From the human T2T-CHM13v2.0 reference genome, Homo sapiens, in assembly GCF_009914755.1 (NCBI RefSeq), contig NC_060927.1: a DNA stretch of 64,000 nt. One strand, written 5' to 3'. Under the pieces are notes generated by a model that was given only the letters and a program-made list of their open reading frames with translations, was not told the DNA's origin and ran no database searches. The translations under genes were made by a program, and so were the position numbers. Below are positions 61,595-64,000 of the stretch, in pieces. Position 1 is the stretch's first letter. Each line of letters opens with the position of its first letter.

Positions 61595-61910
61595 CTTTTT
61601 TTTTTTTTTTTTTTTTGAGACAGGCTGTTGCTCTGTCACCCAGGTGAGAGTGCAGTGGTGTGATCATAGCTCACTTCAGCCTTAACTCCTGGACTCAAGC
61701 AATCCTCCCACCTCAGCCTCCCGAGTAGCTGGGACTATAGATGCATGCCATCACACCTGGCTAGTTTTTGTTTTTGTTTTTCAAGTTTTTTAGAGATGGT
61801 GGGGTCTCACTATGTTGCCCAGGCTGATCTGGAACTCCTGGCCTCAAGCCATCCTCCCACCTTAGCCTCCCAAGTGTTGGGATTATAGGCGTGAGCCACC
61901 ATGCCCGGCC
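61595..61910 (-). mobile_element. Alu (J-type)
   Basis: Poly-T plus reverse Alu. Confidence 0.93.
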
Positions 61911-62071
61911 CAGTGGTTTTTTTTTCTTTATAGTAGCTGCCTGCCACCCAAGCCCTGCACAGCCACACCTATGGAAGACCTCCATCTGCTAGATGAGTAA
62001 GGGCTGGACCTGGACTCAGGCAGCTCCCCTTACACCTGCACCTTGCACCTGCACAGCCGATGAGGACACTA

Positions 62072-62420
<349 letters not shown>

Positions 62421-63559
62421 GACCCCTACCCAGCACCCTCCAGTGATGTCTCAAACTGCTGCTCGCACCTGAGAAGCCCTCCATGGCCTTGTCCCATCCA
62501 CTTCTCAAGCTCCACCTTCCCCCAGGCTCCCCCTCATTTGCTCAGCCTCCTTGGTCCATCCTTTAAGAGGCAAAATTCATTCCTGTCTCAAGGCCCTCAA
62601 ACTCATGGTTCCCTCAGCCTTGGCCCAAGGTCTCAAGGCCAGATTGGCTTTCGATGACAAGCTCATCTACCTCTCCCACTCCCTCTGCCCACCCCTGCCC
62701 GGCTCTTTTCTTAATAAGCACTTCCACCACCTGAAACTGTATTTTTTTCTACCCTTTTATTTACTTGTTGATTGTCAGTGATCTCCCATTAGAAAATAAG
62801 TGGGGTTAGGGACTTGATCTGCTTTGTTCATTGCTAGGTCTGGAGCGCCCAGAACTGTCCCTGCACAAGGTCATTTTCAGTCATTTTCAGTGACTGGAGG
62901 ACAGGAGGGAGGGAGGATGACTGGATGGGAGAGGTGGGGTGGGGCAGCCAGAGCCGCCCATCTCAGCAGGGACCCAATTGCCCCCCAGGGAGCTGCTCCT
63001 GGCTAAGCCAGCCTGGGAATGGAGCAGGAAAGAGGAAGTGGGCTGGAGAGCTGTCCCCTGCTCCTTTCAGACTGATGAGTCCCATTGCTGTGTAAAAAGT
63101 CAGGTCTCTGTAAATAAATGGTTTTTCTCCTTTGCCTAGACATTCTTACACCTTCCTATTCCACAGTGAGTTCTCATCCTTTTAATTCTCTTCAGAGATC
63201 TCTAACTTTTCCCCAGGGTCCTGGCAGTTACATCCTACGCCAGCCATGCACCTGACCCCCACAGAGAGTTTTGATATTCTTGGCCTATTTCCAGTGGACA
63301 ACTATGACCATGACCCTGAGACCATTTTTTAGCCCTTCATAGACTCATAAAATGTTATACCTAGAAAGGATGTTAAAGGTATTTTCATTAAACTCATCTA
63401 TTTTATAGATGAGGAAATGAGAACTGGAGAGAAGTGGCTTGCCCAAGAGCCAAGTAGCTAATCGAACCAAAAATACAACTCTGAACTAAAAATCGGCCTC
63501 TGGACTTCCAGTCAGCACTCACTCTACCTCTCTCCTTCTCCCTATGTTGTTGGTTATTT

Positions 63560-64000
63560 TATTTTATTTTTATTTATTTTTACTGTATTCACAGAGTCAC
63601 ACAACCATCATCATTATCTAACTTTAGAATATTTTCATCACCCCAGAAAGAAATGCTGCACCCATTCACAGTCACTCCCCATTTTCCTCTTCTTTAGCCC
63701 CTGGAAACCAATCATCTATTTTCTATTTCCATAGATTTGTCTATGCTGGACATTTCATAAATGTAGTTGCACAATATGTGGTCTTCCGTGACTGACTTCT
63801 TTCATTTAGCATACTGTTTTCAAGGTTCATCCATGTTGCAGCATTTGTCAGTACTTCATTCCTTTTCATGGCTGAATAATATTCCATCACATGGATATAC
63901 CACATTTTATTCAACCATCCATCAGCAGATGAACATCTGAGTCATTTCCATCTTTTGGCTATTAAGAATAATGCTGCTATTCATGTACAAGTCTTTGAAT
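63560..64000 (-). mobile_element. L1MB-type 3' end, runs off the window
   Basis: Reverse L1 3'UTR (tttagaatattttcatcacccc...aaggttcatccatgttgca). Confidence 0.85.

Noticed and set aside
60990-61685. 231-aa plus-strand ORF (longest in the track)
   Set aside because: Non-ATG start, antisense to exon 6, ends in Alu poly-T sequence

Overview
Primate (very likely human) genomic DNA lying entirely inside SRGAP3 (SLIT-ROBO Rho GTPase-activating protein 3), which is on the minus strand. I traced 13 consecutive phase-compatible coding exons (about exons 6-18 of 22 by recall, 1555 nt), all with AG/GT boundaries. They encode the end of the F-BAR/FX region, the linker and the whole RhoGAP domain; the SH3 exon lies beyond coordinate 1. 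The rest is intron filled with Alu, L1, L2, MIR, MaLR/ERV1 LTR and DNA-transposon relics, and almost all ORF-track entries are spurious. No prokaryote-type system is present. The most interesting signals are: (i) a splicing hub in the F-BAR-to-RhoGAP linker, with a 28-nt microexon, mutually exclusive 103-nt and 31-nt exons, and a candidate in-frame 87-nt Pro-rich cassette exon behind a ~105-nt AG-free pyrimidine tract; (ii) a ~130-bp SOX/TCF-motif-rich element duplicated on both sides of exon 10; (iii) template-switch scars inside old repeats. Repeat subfamily names and exon numbers come from memory, and repeat boundaries are approximate.
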